From: Craspedostauros australis
Taxonomy: Eukaryota
NCBI GenBank assembly: GCA_030167865.1
Contig: JALAGF010000323.1
Span: 62,001-93,917 of the forward strand
Reading direction: 5' to 3'
Length of the DNA stretch: 31,917 nucleotides
Below the pieces are notes generated by a model. It was not told the origin of the DNA. It worked only from the letters and a program-made list of their open reading frames with translations, and ran no database searches. Shown piece after piece: positions 1 to 11,106 of the stretch (positions within the stretch are counted from its first letter, which is position 1; each line of letters opens with the position of its first letter). The position numbers and the translations under genes are program-made.

Positions 1-2143
1 AAATGAGCTTCCGCCACTTGCTCCGCGCCCAGCTGAAGCAGTCCATGACGGATCGAATGAATATGCTGCGCAGCGTCCATTTCTTCAAGGACTTGCAAGA
101 GGCCGACCTCATGCAGCTTGGTGCCGCCATGTTGCCACATGTGTTCCGGAAGGGTGATGACATCATGAAGGGCAACGCGACACCATTCTGCCTGATCCAG
201 GAAGGTGAAGTCATCGCTCGCGATATTAAGATCGGTGAACAAGCCGTCGAGGACGTGCATATTGGACCGGGACAGCATTTCGGAGAAGACTCCTTGTCGA
301 AGATTGGCACATCGGTCAAGGCCAGCACCATGACTGCGTTGTCGACAGGTGTGGCATTCACCATCGATCGAGACACATTTGAAAAAGTGTTCGGTGATAT
401 CAGCCGTCTGGCCATCAAAACGTTGCACAAGCAAAGGCTGGAGGAAGTCGCCACAATACGGAATTCCAATCTCACCGAGTCAGAACTCGACACGCTCTCC
501 AGGCAAGTCGAGGACAAGACCTTCGGCGCACGGCGTGTGCTGTTCACTCGAGGTTCCATCTGCACGCCTGCATTGTATCTAGTCGAGAAGGGCTCCGTCA
601 AGCTCATTCAGAAGGACGGCACGGAAGAGATCGTCAAGGAGGGTGGTTGCTTCGGCGAAGATTTCTTCTCGATGGATACCAGCAAGCCAATGGTGAAGGC
701 CAAGTTCACCGCGCTGACGTTGGAGCAGACCACGTGCGGGATACTGACGATCCGCGAATGTCGGTTGGTTATGGGCGAGCAACGTATGAATGCGATCGCC
801 GGAGCGACAGGAGCATCCATTGCCGGCAGCAGCACAGAGCAGGAGCACGCACTCTCCATTGACGACTTCGCACGTCATCGCATTTTGGGTACCGGACTGT
901 TTGGCAAAGTTTGGCTGGTATCCAAGAAGAAGAACGACATCGGCATCTTGGCACACGCGGAGGGTGATGACGACCAGCTGCAGGAATCCAAGATCGATAT
1001 CGATATCGAAGATAGATCGTCATCTTCCGCAATCAAGGATGACGAATTCTACGCCCTCAAGGTCCAATCCACCCAAAAATCCGTCCGACCCAATGCCACC
1101 AAGCTTATCCGATGTGAAATCAAGGTCATGAAGAGGTTGCAGCACCCCTTCGTGATCCGGTTGCTCCACGTCTTCCCAGAACCTGACGCGATATCCATGC
1201 TGATGAGCGTCGCGCCTGGCGGCGAGCTGTTTGATATCATCCACCAGGAAGATGAGAATGGGAATTGGGCGTCGGGCATTGGCGAGATCGGAAAGTTCTA
1301 CGCCATGGTCATCGCCGATACACTGGCCTTCATGCATCGTCGGCACTACGTCTACCGCGATTTGAAGCCTGAGAATGTGCTGATAGACTCTGATGGGTAT
1401 CCCGTGATTACGGACTTCGGATTCAGTAAGTTGTCACCTGTGCGCATGCACGGATGCTTGTTGTGCTGTATTCCACGTTCCACATTCCACCAAATGCACA
1501 CGCTATTGACATGGTCGTGCTGGTGCTGCTGTTGCTATGTTGCTGCAATGGGCAGTCTCGGTGACATATTGACAACAACAGAGTATTCTCACCTTGTCCT
1601 TCTTCATTCTCAATTTGCGTCTTGGTGTGTCCCCCCACCCGTTCCAAATGCGCTTGCGTAATATTGCCACGGCAATCAATACCCTCGTTGTAATTGTCAA
1701 CGGCAACGGCAACGGCAACGGCAACGAGAACAGCCAAGAAGGTGACCGACAAAACGTACACCTTCTGCGGCACGCCCAACTACTTGCCACCCGAGATCAT
1801 TCTGAACCGTGGGCATGACGTGACTGCCGACAATTGGTGTTTGGGTGTTTTGATATACGAATTGATCGAGGGTGAGAATCCGTTCTTCGAGTCCGGCATG
1901 AATCAGATGACGTTGTACGAAACGATCTGCAAGGAGCCTCATTACCCGTTGCCTGAGGACTCGGTGTCAGAAGATGCGCGCGATTTGGTGAACCGCCTGC
2001 TCGAGAAGGATCCCAACATGAGACTGGGCACGTTCCGCGAGAAGGACATCCTGGAACACACGTGGTTTGCGGAGTACGACCTGAAGAAGCTCCGGACCAA
2101 GGAAATTGAATCTCCGTGGGCGCCGGATGCCATCGAGCCGTAG
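1..2143 (+). CDS. Cyclic-nucleotide-binding Ser/Thr kinase, PKG/PKA-like (AGC group); probably 5'-truncated; exons <1..1425 and 1734..2143
   Basis: Two cNMP-like domains (FGEDSL, FGEDFF) precede a kinase domain with GTGLFGKV, YALK, YRDLKPEN and DFG. Intron 1426..1733 (GTAAGT...AACAG, phase 1) joins DFGF to T-KKVTDKTYTFCGTPNYLPPE. Stop TAG at 2141-2143. Confidence 0.9.
1698..1727 (+). repeat. (CAACGG)n hexamer microsatellite in the kinase intron
   Basis: CAACGG x4 plus CAACGA, immediately before the predicted acceptor at 1733. Confidence 0.9.
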
Positions 2144-3038
2144 GTGGGAAAGCAAAGTATCGGTTGCAGCCAGAGCAGAAGCGACAGCAATTGAAAGCGG
2201 GCCAGTCCTTCTGCTGGGCAGACATCCAGAGCGCCAAAGAGATTGAGTTAACCTCCTTTCCTAGCAGAGTGCGCGGTCTGTTGATTTCTTTCCTCTCGAG
2301 AGCATGTGCTGATGCCGCAGCAGGGTGTCACGTACACTACTCGCACTATGTTGCAGTGCAGGAGTGAACCACTCAAAGTCGTATTAGTTGGTATGATATG
2401 TAACTCTGGACATGGAGCAGTTAAGTTTTGAAGGCAATGGCCTTCCATAGCAGCTACTCTGGGGGGAGGGTATAGGCCTTTTTCTGTTGGACCAAACTTC
2501 CGCTTTGGTAGTTTTGAGTCCCGTTCTGTTATCTGTGTCACGCACATGAAACACTGGTTTTCGTCATGTCAATCCTCGTTGGCATTTTCTTCTTGTTTCG
2601 TGAAAGAACTTCGCATGACCAAAAACATGGGGAAAAAGAACAAAGGAACCACACGAACGTAGCTGTTCCACATTTGTTGTTGATGCCAAGGCGAGGGAGG
2701 TTCGGGCGCATTCGGACGATTGGTCATGTGAATCGAGGTGAAGAATGACCGTGTGGGAGGTCGAGGGGCGGGTCCGAGCATGGTGTCGACGAGTGTGTGA
2801 GAGCACACGCATCCTCCTCCCGACCCGTTCCAACCTCTCCCAACATCTTCCAATCGTCACAAATTACGCAAAGCAAGAAGAGTAATCACAACCAAGCAAA
2901 AGCAAGAATCAATCAAATCACACATCGCAAGAAGGCAAGCAACCAATCATCCATTCCATACGCCCTGTTCTCCAAGGCGAAAGTAGCTGAGAATATTACT
3001 ATACGAGCAAAGTACGCACATTCTGCGATACGAGTGCG

Positions 3039-4076
3039 ATGACAATGACGATCTCCACAACTGCCAACGACGACGTCTTCCATGCGTTCGGAGTTCTGGA
3101 GCACATCTTTTCGTACTCCACGGCGAAAGAGTTGGCGATGGCGAGCGAGGTGAACAAACGGTGGAAAATCGCTTCGCGCAACGACCTGCTGTGGCTGCCG
3201 CATTCTCAGCGGCTGTGGAACAGCAAGGTCGCAATGCAGGACGTGACGATGTTTTGGAGGACCCTCTTGACCAAGGACGCCATCCATCGGCTTGGTCGAA
3301 AGGAGATTCATCAGATCCTGCAACACCCGTTGGTGAAGGCGCAGCTGTCGTCATCGGGAATTGGTGGCGGGAATCACGATGGTTCCATCGAACACGGCAG
3401 ATCCTGCAACACGAAGACCCAAGAAACCAGCGTCATTACCACGAGCAATGGCAGCATTAACAGCCGCAACAGCAACAGCAACAACAACAACAGCAACAGC
3501 AAAGCGATGACGGATACCGCCAATGCGACAAAACCGCAACCCGCCATTGATGAGCTGCGACATCAGTTCCGCGTGCACATGCTGGACGTCGTGGCTAACG
3601 GACCCAAATGGAACTGCTTCTTCGATGACATTCGCTTTGGTTCCTACGCATGTTCTGTGATGGACTCGAGACGAGATTGCATCAGCCTGACCGAGCTGTG
3701 CACGCCGCACGGATTCGCCATGTACTTCAAGATCTCCGCGGATGATGTGGAGGACGACGACGACCGATCCCTGTTGCTGGCGTACGAGGAATCCGACGAG
3801 TACCTGCTGTACCATCACAGCACGTGCTACTTTCATAAGACGACGCATCAGTTCTCGTTGATCCTGAATCATCATGCGCAGAGCTACCAGCCCACGCAAC
3901 TGCTGTGGCGTTGGGTCGACGATGGCAAACGCGTGCAGGTGGGTCCGTACCCGCCTCTGCGCGTGACTCGGCGGGCCGATTGGGGTTGGAAGCTGGAGAA
4001 TACGAACGTCGTGCTACTATTCCAAGATGAGAAGATGGCGGTCGCCAACGAGATCGGCAATGGCCGTGAGGCTTGA
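3039..4076 (+). CDS. F-box domain protein, 345 aa, single exon
   Basis: N-terminal F-box-like motif VLEHIFSY...LAMASEVNKRWKIASRNDLLW, a central Asn/Ser-rich linker and a globular C-terminal region ending RRADWGWKLEN. Confidence 0.75.
   Translation: MTMTISTTANDDVFHAFGVLEHIFSYSTAKELAMASEVNKRWKIASRNDLLWLPHSQRLWNSKVAMQDVTMFWRTLLTKDAIHRLGRKEIHQILQHPLVKAQLSSSGIGGGNHDGSIEHGRSCNTKTQETSVITTSNGSINSRNSNSNNNNSNSKAMTDTANATKPQPAIDELRHQFRVHMLDVVANGPKWNCFFDDIRFGSYACSVMDSRRDCISLTELCTPHGFAMYFKISADDVEDDDDRSLLLAYEESDEYLLYHHSTCYFHKTTHQFSLILNHHAQSYQPTQLLWRWVDDGKRVQVGPYPPLRVTRRADWGWKLENTNVVLLFQDEKMAVANEIGNGREA
3459..3500 (+). repeat. Coding AAC/AGC triplet repeat (poly-Asn/Ser)
   Basis: aacagccgcaacagcaacagcaacaacaacaacagcaacagc encodes NSRNSNSNNNNSNS. 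Confidence 0.8.
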
Positions 4077-4479
4077 CTGCCACAAACAATGAAAAAGGAG
4101 CATGGATACCGTAATTGTCGTGATCAGCGAGCTTTCAGAATGGCGAATCGCAATCTGAACGATGATCTTTTCTTCTACCGCTTGTACTCTGGAAGGATCT
4201 GCTTGCGCAGTAGAGCGCTCTACTCGTACTACGTTGACTATGTATAATATAATAGTATTCAAAAGCAAGAGAGCGCTCCAATTCAGAGTCGTGTGGCATT
4301 TGGTTGTATAGTAGAGTACAACAGAAAATACTGGTATGTTCTGTAAAATGATATTCTACTCGCGCTGCTACTGAGCGCAAATGAATAACACCATGGCTAC
4401 ATGGCTACATGAATATTCTGCGTCGTCCACCGCGCAAATGAACTCCGAGCGAAGCGCAATAGAGGAGTCAACTGGCTTC

Positions 4480-4818
4480 TCAAAGCTCAGGCTCCCCCTT
4501 CGGAACCTCCTGCGTCTTAGGCGGCGGAACACCACCCTCCTGGAGCGGGGCGCGTGATTGCGGCAGCTTGAAGCCTTCTCGCTTGCTCTTGTCATGCGGC
4601 GCGTGGTGGAAGACGAGCAAGCTGATGGCGAATATGATGGCGAGGATCAACGGGAACTTGACAGCGTCCCAAAGCGTGTCCGGCTCCCTCATCTGCAGCC
4701 GTTGCACCTCCTCCTTGAGCTCCTTCCGCGTCTTGCGTTTCGGTTTGGTGGTACTGCCGCTGTTAGTGCCACTGCTACTGGGGGTGGCGGCATTGCTCGT
4801 ATCTGGCTGATCCGTCAT
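4480..4818 (-). CDS. Small single-pass membrane protein of unknown function, 112 aa
   Basis: ATG-started ORF with a basic/coiled segment (KPKRKTRKELKEEVQRLQ), one hydrophobic helix (FPLILAIIFAISLLVF) and coding-like composition. Confidence 0.7.
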   Translation of the reverse strand: MTDQPDTSNAATPSSSGTNSGSTTKPKRKTRKELKEEVQRLQMREPDTLWDAVKFPLILAIIFAISLLVFHHAPHDKSKREGFKLPQSRAPLQEGGVPPPKTQEVPKGEPEL

Positions 4819-5643
4819 CTTGCTGATTGCCTTCCGGTCTGATTCTTCGACTGCGGATCCGTTCGCAGTCCTCGTACTCGTGCTCGGGTGTGGTACGATA
4901 CGTAGTGGTGGGAATTTTCTGGCTGCAGGTCGAACTTGTACTCAACGCACTCGAAGAACAGAGCAAGTGTGTGCGTTCTTGCTTGTTGCTGCTTTGGAGG
5001 AGAGGTGATGTGACGATTCAGCTTGATCCGATTTGTTTGGAGATGTGGCGCTGCTGTGGCCTTGGCGTATTTGGGCGGTGACGAAGCTGAGTGTCGAAAT
5101 GCTGGGTGCGTGTCAAAACTCCGAAGCGCAGGACAGCACGCAACAACACAAGAACGCGGTTGCACTGTTGTCGCTGTCAATGTTTGTGATTTGGCTCCCA
5201 AAAATCAAATGAAGATTGATCCAAAGAAGCTACGGCAAATGATGTACGTTTATATTAAAAACATGGCCGACCTTTGCTAAAGTTGCGGTCATATATTTAA
5301 TATTTATTTTATACCTTGATCATTGTAGTCGATCTAATCGCATCAATTTCAAGACAAACAAAATAATAATGTGAGTATTTCAGAGTGCCAGCAACTCCCA
5401 AACCCGTGAACCAGCAAACCCAAACACGGACGCGACACCACACAACACCAACAACAACCACCACAATCATTACTCACAACACTCACGCACGAGCCGCCGT
5501 ACTTACCAATGAGGAGGAGAGCAGATTCCATTCCACCGCACCCAATCACCCCCACGGCGCAAGTAGTTACTAATATCGTTGCCTTGGTCTCGGATCTCAG
5601 AGCAGGCAATCATTGATCTTCGCAACTATCAACGCCAATAAAA

Positions 5644-7421
5644 ATGATCTCGACGATCCAAGCCATCCGATCACCATTTTCAATTTCATTGTCATCATCA
5701 TTGTCGTCGCATTCGAGGGCGGCGTTGACGCAGACACTGCGGAGGCCGATCAGTGCTGAGACTTTCAGACTGAGAGCGAGCCATTCTTCGGAAACGCAGA
5801 GGTTCGGCATCGTACGCCCCAGCGTTTATCGCTGGGATGCTGCGAGAGGATTTGCCACAGACGGCGGTGACGATGCCAAGACCAAAAGCAATACAGGCAA
5901 TACAGGCAATACAGGCAATACAGGCAATACAGGCAGCAAAGGCAACAGCAGCGATGAGAAGGGCGGCAGCTGGTACCAGAGCGTGAAGAAGCTGGAAGAT
6001 GCCAACCCCGATCGCATTGCTGGCATTCAGGTCCATCCAGAAAGCATCGGCAACGATGTCCTCCCAGGCAACCTGGTCTACAAGAAGTACCGCTTCACAG
6101 GCAACGTCCGAAAGGTACCTCTGGAGTTCCAGCATGGCTACTTTTGGATGATGACGGATCTGCGAAAGACGGACAAGAAACCGACGTTGTCCAACGAACG
6201 CTTGATCCCCCAGAAAGAGGCCCAGATCTTCCCCGTGCTGCGCAATCTCTCTTCTTTGAGCGGCGAATCCGTCGACCTGCCATTCAGCCTCGTCAACACG
6301 AAGGGTGCGTCTGATGCGATGTCCAGTTCTTTTTGTTTTTGCATGGACGCGTGCGACGCAGCTGAGCGAAACAGGAGTACAGACAAGTTTTTGCATTATC
6401 AGCAAGCAGTGCTATACACACTCGTCGTCTGCCATCTACTGGGAGGTGCGCAACGTCCAGCGTGCTGCACTTCCACGGATCGCCAGCTACAACTATGTTT
6501 CCTTCTTCCGATGCCATCGCTTTGAATTGATTTGCTTCCTCTCATACACAATGATTCATTTCTCACAGTCATACTTCTACACTTTCCGTACTCTGCACCC
6601 TACTGCTGTTCACACTTGCGCGTCCTTGTCCATCCACGTTCGCTTGGCCACACAATGCAAATCGACCCTTCCGCATTTCGACGACATCACGGTAATACCA
6701 CCACGACATCGCGCCATCGCCATCGCTATCGCCATCAACACTATCAACGCTACTCGTCCTGCTCCTGCTCTCGCTCTTGCTCTGCTTCCAAACTCCAATT
6801 ATGCTATGACGATGCAATGCTCTGTACACACTGTGCCCCACGCCTACCCTACCAATACACACCATACTCGTCGTACCCGGGCTTTTTCTAGATTCCTCCG
6901 TGACACCGAAATGCACGCTGGTGGCAGTTTCCTTTCGGAATTTCGGATACCAGCTGTTGGATTCCTGGATCAAACCATTCGAGGATGCCTTTGCTTCCAG
7001 CTCCATCTCCCAACCGGGCAACAGCAACGCGCGTGCCATCAGGGTCTCCATCACGGAACGTTGGACGCTGTATCCCTTGCGCGGCATCCTCAACAACATA
7101 ATGAAACAAAACACCCCTGCAAGCGATTACGCCAACACCATGACCTACTTCGGCACGGACGTGGAAGAATTCCGTGACGTGCTCCGCATGCACAACATCA
7201 TGACAGGATATGTCTTCCTGCTGGATGACCTGGGTCGCGTCCGATTCGCGGGAAGCGGCCCGGCGACCGATGAAGATATCGCCAAGATCATCGGATGTGG
7301 CAAGCAGCTGATTGCAGAAAGTGGACGGAGTTCTGGCGGTGGTAACAAGCGCATAGGACGCAGGCGTCCAGCACCTGGTGGGGCCACCGGTCGCAAAGTA
7401 CGCAACAAGCGACCCATGTAG
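5644..7421 (+). CDS. ATP10: Mitochondrial ATP synthase assembly factor ATP10 family, 396 aa; exons 5644..6304 and 6892..7421
   Basis: Arg/Ser-rich presequence-like N-terminus. Intron 6305..6891 (GTGCGT...TTTTCTAG, phase 1) restores the frame. C-terminal motif NIMTGYVFLLDDLGRVRFAGSGPAT is typical of ATP10. Confidence 0.85.
5890..5934 (+). repeat. Perfect 9-bp coding tandem repeat (AATACAGGC)x5
   Basis: Five identical units encoding NTGNTGNTGNTGNTG inside ATP10. Confidence 0.95.
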
Positions 7422-7653
7422 CGTTGTGTCGAGCAGAGGACTGTCATCCATATGCTCTATACTCGTTCGGATAAGCACTGCAGGTATGCATGAAACACAA
7501 CATTAACGTTATCGATCGAATTCCCAATGGTACTAGAGAGTACGGTATTGCGCACCATAGGATCCGGCACCTGGATACGAAAATATCTCCGCACTCACAT
7601 GCACGTCCACATGCATACTCGCAGAGTACCGTCACTTCTTCTCACGTCGAGAT

Positions 7654-10600
7654 TCAGACCCACATGGAGGCAGAGCCTTGCAAGCACTTCTCGATCGCTT
7701 GGATTGTGTCCCTTGTCATCTTCCGGGATGTGTGGTCCATAGCAAGGTGCTTCGTTTGCCACTGCTGTACTTTGTTCAAGCACTCCAAGGCCGACTGAAA
7801 ATTCACGCTCTTGATGTACAGGTACCCGATCATGCCCGTGCTTTCGGTCACTTCCGGACTGTCGTCGCCGAATCGGGATTGCTGGGATCGCATGATGCCT
7901 TGGAACAGCCGGATGGCGTTGTCGTAGTTCTCGTTCTTGGCCTTGGAGATTGCCAAGTGCATGAGACTTGACAGCACGATGTCGTGGTCCTTGCGGAAAG
8001 ACGACGTCAGAAGGAGGCATGCCTCTTCGTACACATAGAAGGCAAGGTCGTAGTCCGCCCTGGCAAGGTACACGATGCCCATGTTCCCGAGCGTCACGGA
8101 CGAACCAAAGACGATCGATTCTCTTCGTACTGGAGTATCCAACCACTGACGTTGTATCTCGAGCGCGAAAGTGAAGGCCCTCAATGCGTCGGGCAGCTTG
8201 TTGTTGAAGAAATGCACCACCCCAATGTTGTTCAAGATCTTGGCCTTCGTGGCGTCGCTGGCGGGCACGAAGCCCAAGGCTCGCTGGAACGAGGCCAGGG
8301 CCGATTCGTGCATGAGTAGCGCGAACTCGGCCATGCCTTTGCGCATGAGGGAAACCACAATGTCCGGATGACCCGGCGGGAGGCACTGTTCTCGTGTGAT
8401 GACCGCATCCCGAAAGCTGCTCAGGGCATTCTCGTAATCGCCCTTGCAGCTATGAACGATCCCGATGTTATGATGGGTGGCACCAACAAGGTGAATGCGC
8501 TTGGCGTTGCTTGGCACTCGCAATCCTCCCAACAACTTGTTGAAGATCTCGAGCACAGTGTCGAACCGCCTCTGCTGCAGTGGCACCGATGCCAAGTCGT
8601 GCACTGACCGCAGATGCGTCGGTCCGTCGATGATGAAGGTGTCGTCGTCAAGATCGATGGGTACGTTGCAGGACGCTGCTAACGCCAAGACCTCATCATA
8701 TTCTTCTACATCATCGCCACTGGCAGGATCGCTGTCACTGGGGTTTGTCGCACTCTGACAGCTTTTGGACGGCGACAGGTAGCCTGGGCGAGGCGGTGGT
8801 CGGTCCTTCCCCCACATCTGATCCCACAGCGTGTGCAACGGTATGGTCGCAGGATCGCCGACATCGATGTACGAAGTGCCGGTGTTGGGGCTTGCACCGT
8901 TCCTGCCGGTGTTTTCGCTGATCCCGTCGTCTGTTTGCGAATCAGATGTCGAATCGGTCGCTGTGGGGCTCGCTTGAGGAGATTTCGTGATGTCCCTGCG
9001 CTCCAGTTTCATGCCGTTCGGGCCAGTCTCTCGCTCCCCATCATGCACCACGATCAAGTTCGCCGATTTTGCGGATGGTGACTGACCATTTGCGTTCGTT
9101 GACGAAGCATCGGCACGAACATCAGCAGTCCGTTGAACAAGCGATGGTTTGTGCTTGATGGCCGATGGTTCCAGCCGCACAATCCATCTATCGCCGCCAC
9201 CAGGCCTGTAACCTTCGAAGACCACCTCTGGCTGATCCTTTCCTTCCGACGTCCACACCATGTCGTTGACGATGTCCCGGGGAGACATGGCGGTGCGAGC
9301 ACCGGAGAATGATAACCCCAGGGGGTCCAACGGACCGGTTTTTGATGGGCTCTGTGGGATGGCGGCCGAATTGTCAGGCGTCAGTGCTTCTGATTGTCCA
9401 TCGCTCGTCCCCATCGCAGCTGTCGTGTCGGACGCAGCGATATTTCTTTTTGTGACGAGGTAACCATCCAATCTGGACCGTGGTTCCGCCATCTTGGGCG
9501 GGAACATGACGCGCCTTTGGGATCCCAACGACAATGCATCAACACCATCCAACCGACCGCGGATGGCGAGATCGAGCTGTGCCTGCTTCTTGAGCTTGAA
9601 CACTTCCGCTCGTTGCGGCGACGTTTCGAAGCTTTGCGACCGAGCGGATCCACGGAAGGGCACAGGTGCCTGTAAGGATGCCGAGCTGGCGCTGAGCCTG
9701 GCGTGCGCCTGCATCTTCCTCTGCTGCAAAGTCCAAGTGCGTGCATCGTCCTCGCTGAGAACGCGCGTTCTCGCTGGAGTCGCATCGCCCTGTCCAGGGA
9801 GGGAGAGCGAGTCGGACGCAGCTGCGGCTCCCAGCGTGACATGTGCCGATTTTGACATCGGAATCGGGTGCTTTGTGATGGACTGTGAAGAGGACAGGGA
9901 CTTGGAGTTGTTTGCACTTCCGCTACCGCCACTGCCGGCGTTGCCATTGCCGTTGGAGCTCCGTGAGACGAGTTGCTTCAATTTCCGTTGCCATCCCTTC
10001 TTGGTGCCCTTCGTTTTGGTGGGTGTTTTCGCAACTGCGGCAGCAGGTGGAGGTGCATTGGGCAAAGGCGCGAGGGCCGGTTTTTGTTTGGACGAGACGG
10101 TCAAGTAGTGGCGGTTGGATGCTTTGATCGTCTCGAGTGAGTGCACCGTTTCTTCGGCAACCGACTGCTGCTCGTCGGCGTCGACATCGGTGTAAGCATC
10201 CGTATCGGAGTCGAGTTCCGCCGCAGTGTTGAAGTGCACACCTGCTTGTATAGGAATAGCCACGCCCGCGCTCGCACGTCTAGATGCAATGGCCTGTTCG
10301 GGAGCAGGCGACCGCATGTTCGGCGCGGCAATGCCCACTGTGGCGTCCGTTGGTGCGACCGCCGCGCCGTTTCTTGCTGATCCAAGGCCGGGACGCTTGG
10401 TCGGGGATGATTTGGTGTCTGATCCCGTGGTGGTTGGCGCATCAGGGCTTGCATTCACAGTGACAGCGGAAGCAGACCCGTGACGAGCCGAGTGATTTCC
10501 TGATCTGGAAAAAATGCCGCTGAGCATCATTCCCAATCGCTTCGGCGATGCCTTGATGCTGTTCCGCTTCTTGGATGTATTCTGTTGCGAGCCCGACCGT

Positions 10601-11106
10601 GGCGGGGTGGAGAAAGTGTGGTCAATATCGGTATCGCTATCGTTGCTGCTGCTGCTTTTGGCGGTTGCGTGCCTGTTGCCTTTGCTCTGGGAGCTGGCAC
10701 CCTGGGCTGTGCGAGCGCTGTCGGAACTTCCGCGGCCGCTCCCGTTCGTCGTGGCAACTGAACGTTCGTGATCGCTGTGGGTGACCTCGATGCCAGGATT
10801 GGTGTTGGCGATGGGCGAGGCTGGGAACACCCTGGTGCTTGATCTCACCTTGGATGCCGCGGTTGATGTGATTGACGCTCCGGCATCTTCCTGTTTCTGT
10901 TGTCGCCTTTGTGTCGACTTCGGTGTCGAATTTGACTTCGACATTGACTGCAGTGGTTGAGTTGGTTTGAATTCACCAGACGGAGACCTTGACTTGCGCC
11001 GTGGCCTTGATGTGCTGGACGCGGCCTCAGCCGCATTCAGAGTCACAGCCACATCGGCGGTGCTTGGGACGAACATTGTTGCTGAAGCAGATGGCGACGA
11101 TGTCAT
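7654..11106 (-). CDS. Large TPR protein: disordered Ser-rich N-terminus and C-terminal kinesin-light-chain-like TPRs, about 1150 aa
   Basis: Long uninterrupted ORF; first ATG at 11106 (the ORF track starts at a GTG). Repeats of the type THHNIGIVH...YENALSSFRDA...LPPGHPDIVVSL, ILNNIGVVHF and TLGNMGIVY. An upstream exon cannot be excluded. Confidence 0.85.
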   Translation of the reverse strand: MTSSPSASATMFVPSTADVAVTLNAAEAASSTSRPRRKSRSPSGEFKPTQPLQSMSKSNSTPKSTQRRQQKQEDAGASITSTAASKVRSSTRVFPASPIANTNPGIEVTHSDHERSVATTNGSGRGSSDSARTAQGASSQSKGNRHATAKSSSSNDSDTDIDHTFSTPPRSGSQQNTSKKRNSIKASPKRLGMMLSGIFSRSGNHSARHGSASAVTVNASPDAPTTTGSDTKSSPTKRPGLGSARNGAAVAPTDATVGIAAPNMRSPAPEQAIASRRASAGVAIPIQAGVHFNTAAELDSDTDAYTDVDADEQQSVAEETVHSLETIKASNRHYLTVSSKQKPALAPLPNAPPPAAAVAKTPTKTKGTKKGWQRKLKQLVSRSSNGNGNAGSGGSGSANNSKSLSSSQSITKHPIPMSKSAHVTLGAAAASDSLSLPGQGDATPARTRVLSEDDARTWTLQQRKMQAHARLSASSASLQAPVPFRGSARSQSFETSPQRAEVFKLKKQAQLDLAIRGRLDGVDALSLGSQRRVMFPPKMAEPRSRLDGYLVTKRNIAASDTTAAMGTSDGQSEALTPDNSAAIPQSPSKTGPLDPLGLSFSGARTAMSPRDIVNDMVWTSEGKDQPEVVFEGYRPGGGDRWIVRLEPSAIKHKPSLVQRTADVRADASSTNANGQSPSAKSANLIVVHDGERETGPNGMKLERRDITKSPQASPTATDSTSDSQTDDGISENTGRNGASPNTGTSYIDVGDPATIPLHTLWDQMWGKDRPPPRPGYLSPSKSCQSATNPSDSDPASGDDVEEYDEVLALAASCNVPIDLDDDTFIIDGPTHLRSVHDLASVPLQQRRFDTVLEIFNKLLGGLRVPSNAKRIHLVGATHHNIGIVHSCKGDYENALSSFRDAVITREQCLPPGHPDIVVSLMRKGMAEFALLMHESALASFQRALGFVPASDATKAKILNNIGVVHFFNNKLPDALRAFTFALEIQRQWLDTPVRRESIVFGSSVTLGNMGIVYLARADYDLAFYVYEEACLLLTSSFRKDHDIVLSSLMHLAISKAKNENYDNAIRLFQGIMRSQQSRFGDDSPEVTESTGMIGYLYIKSVNFQSALECLNKVQQWQTKHLAMDHTSRKMTRDTIQAIEKCLQGSASMWV

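Noticed and set aside
6305-7177. 290-aa ORF and other ORFs within ATP10
   Set aside because: Intronic low-complexity sequence plus off-frame overlap with ATP10 exon 2.
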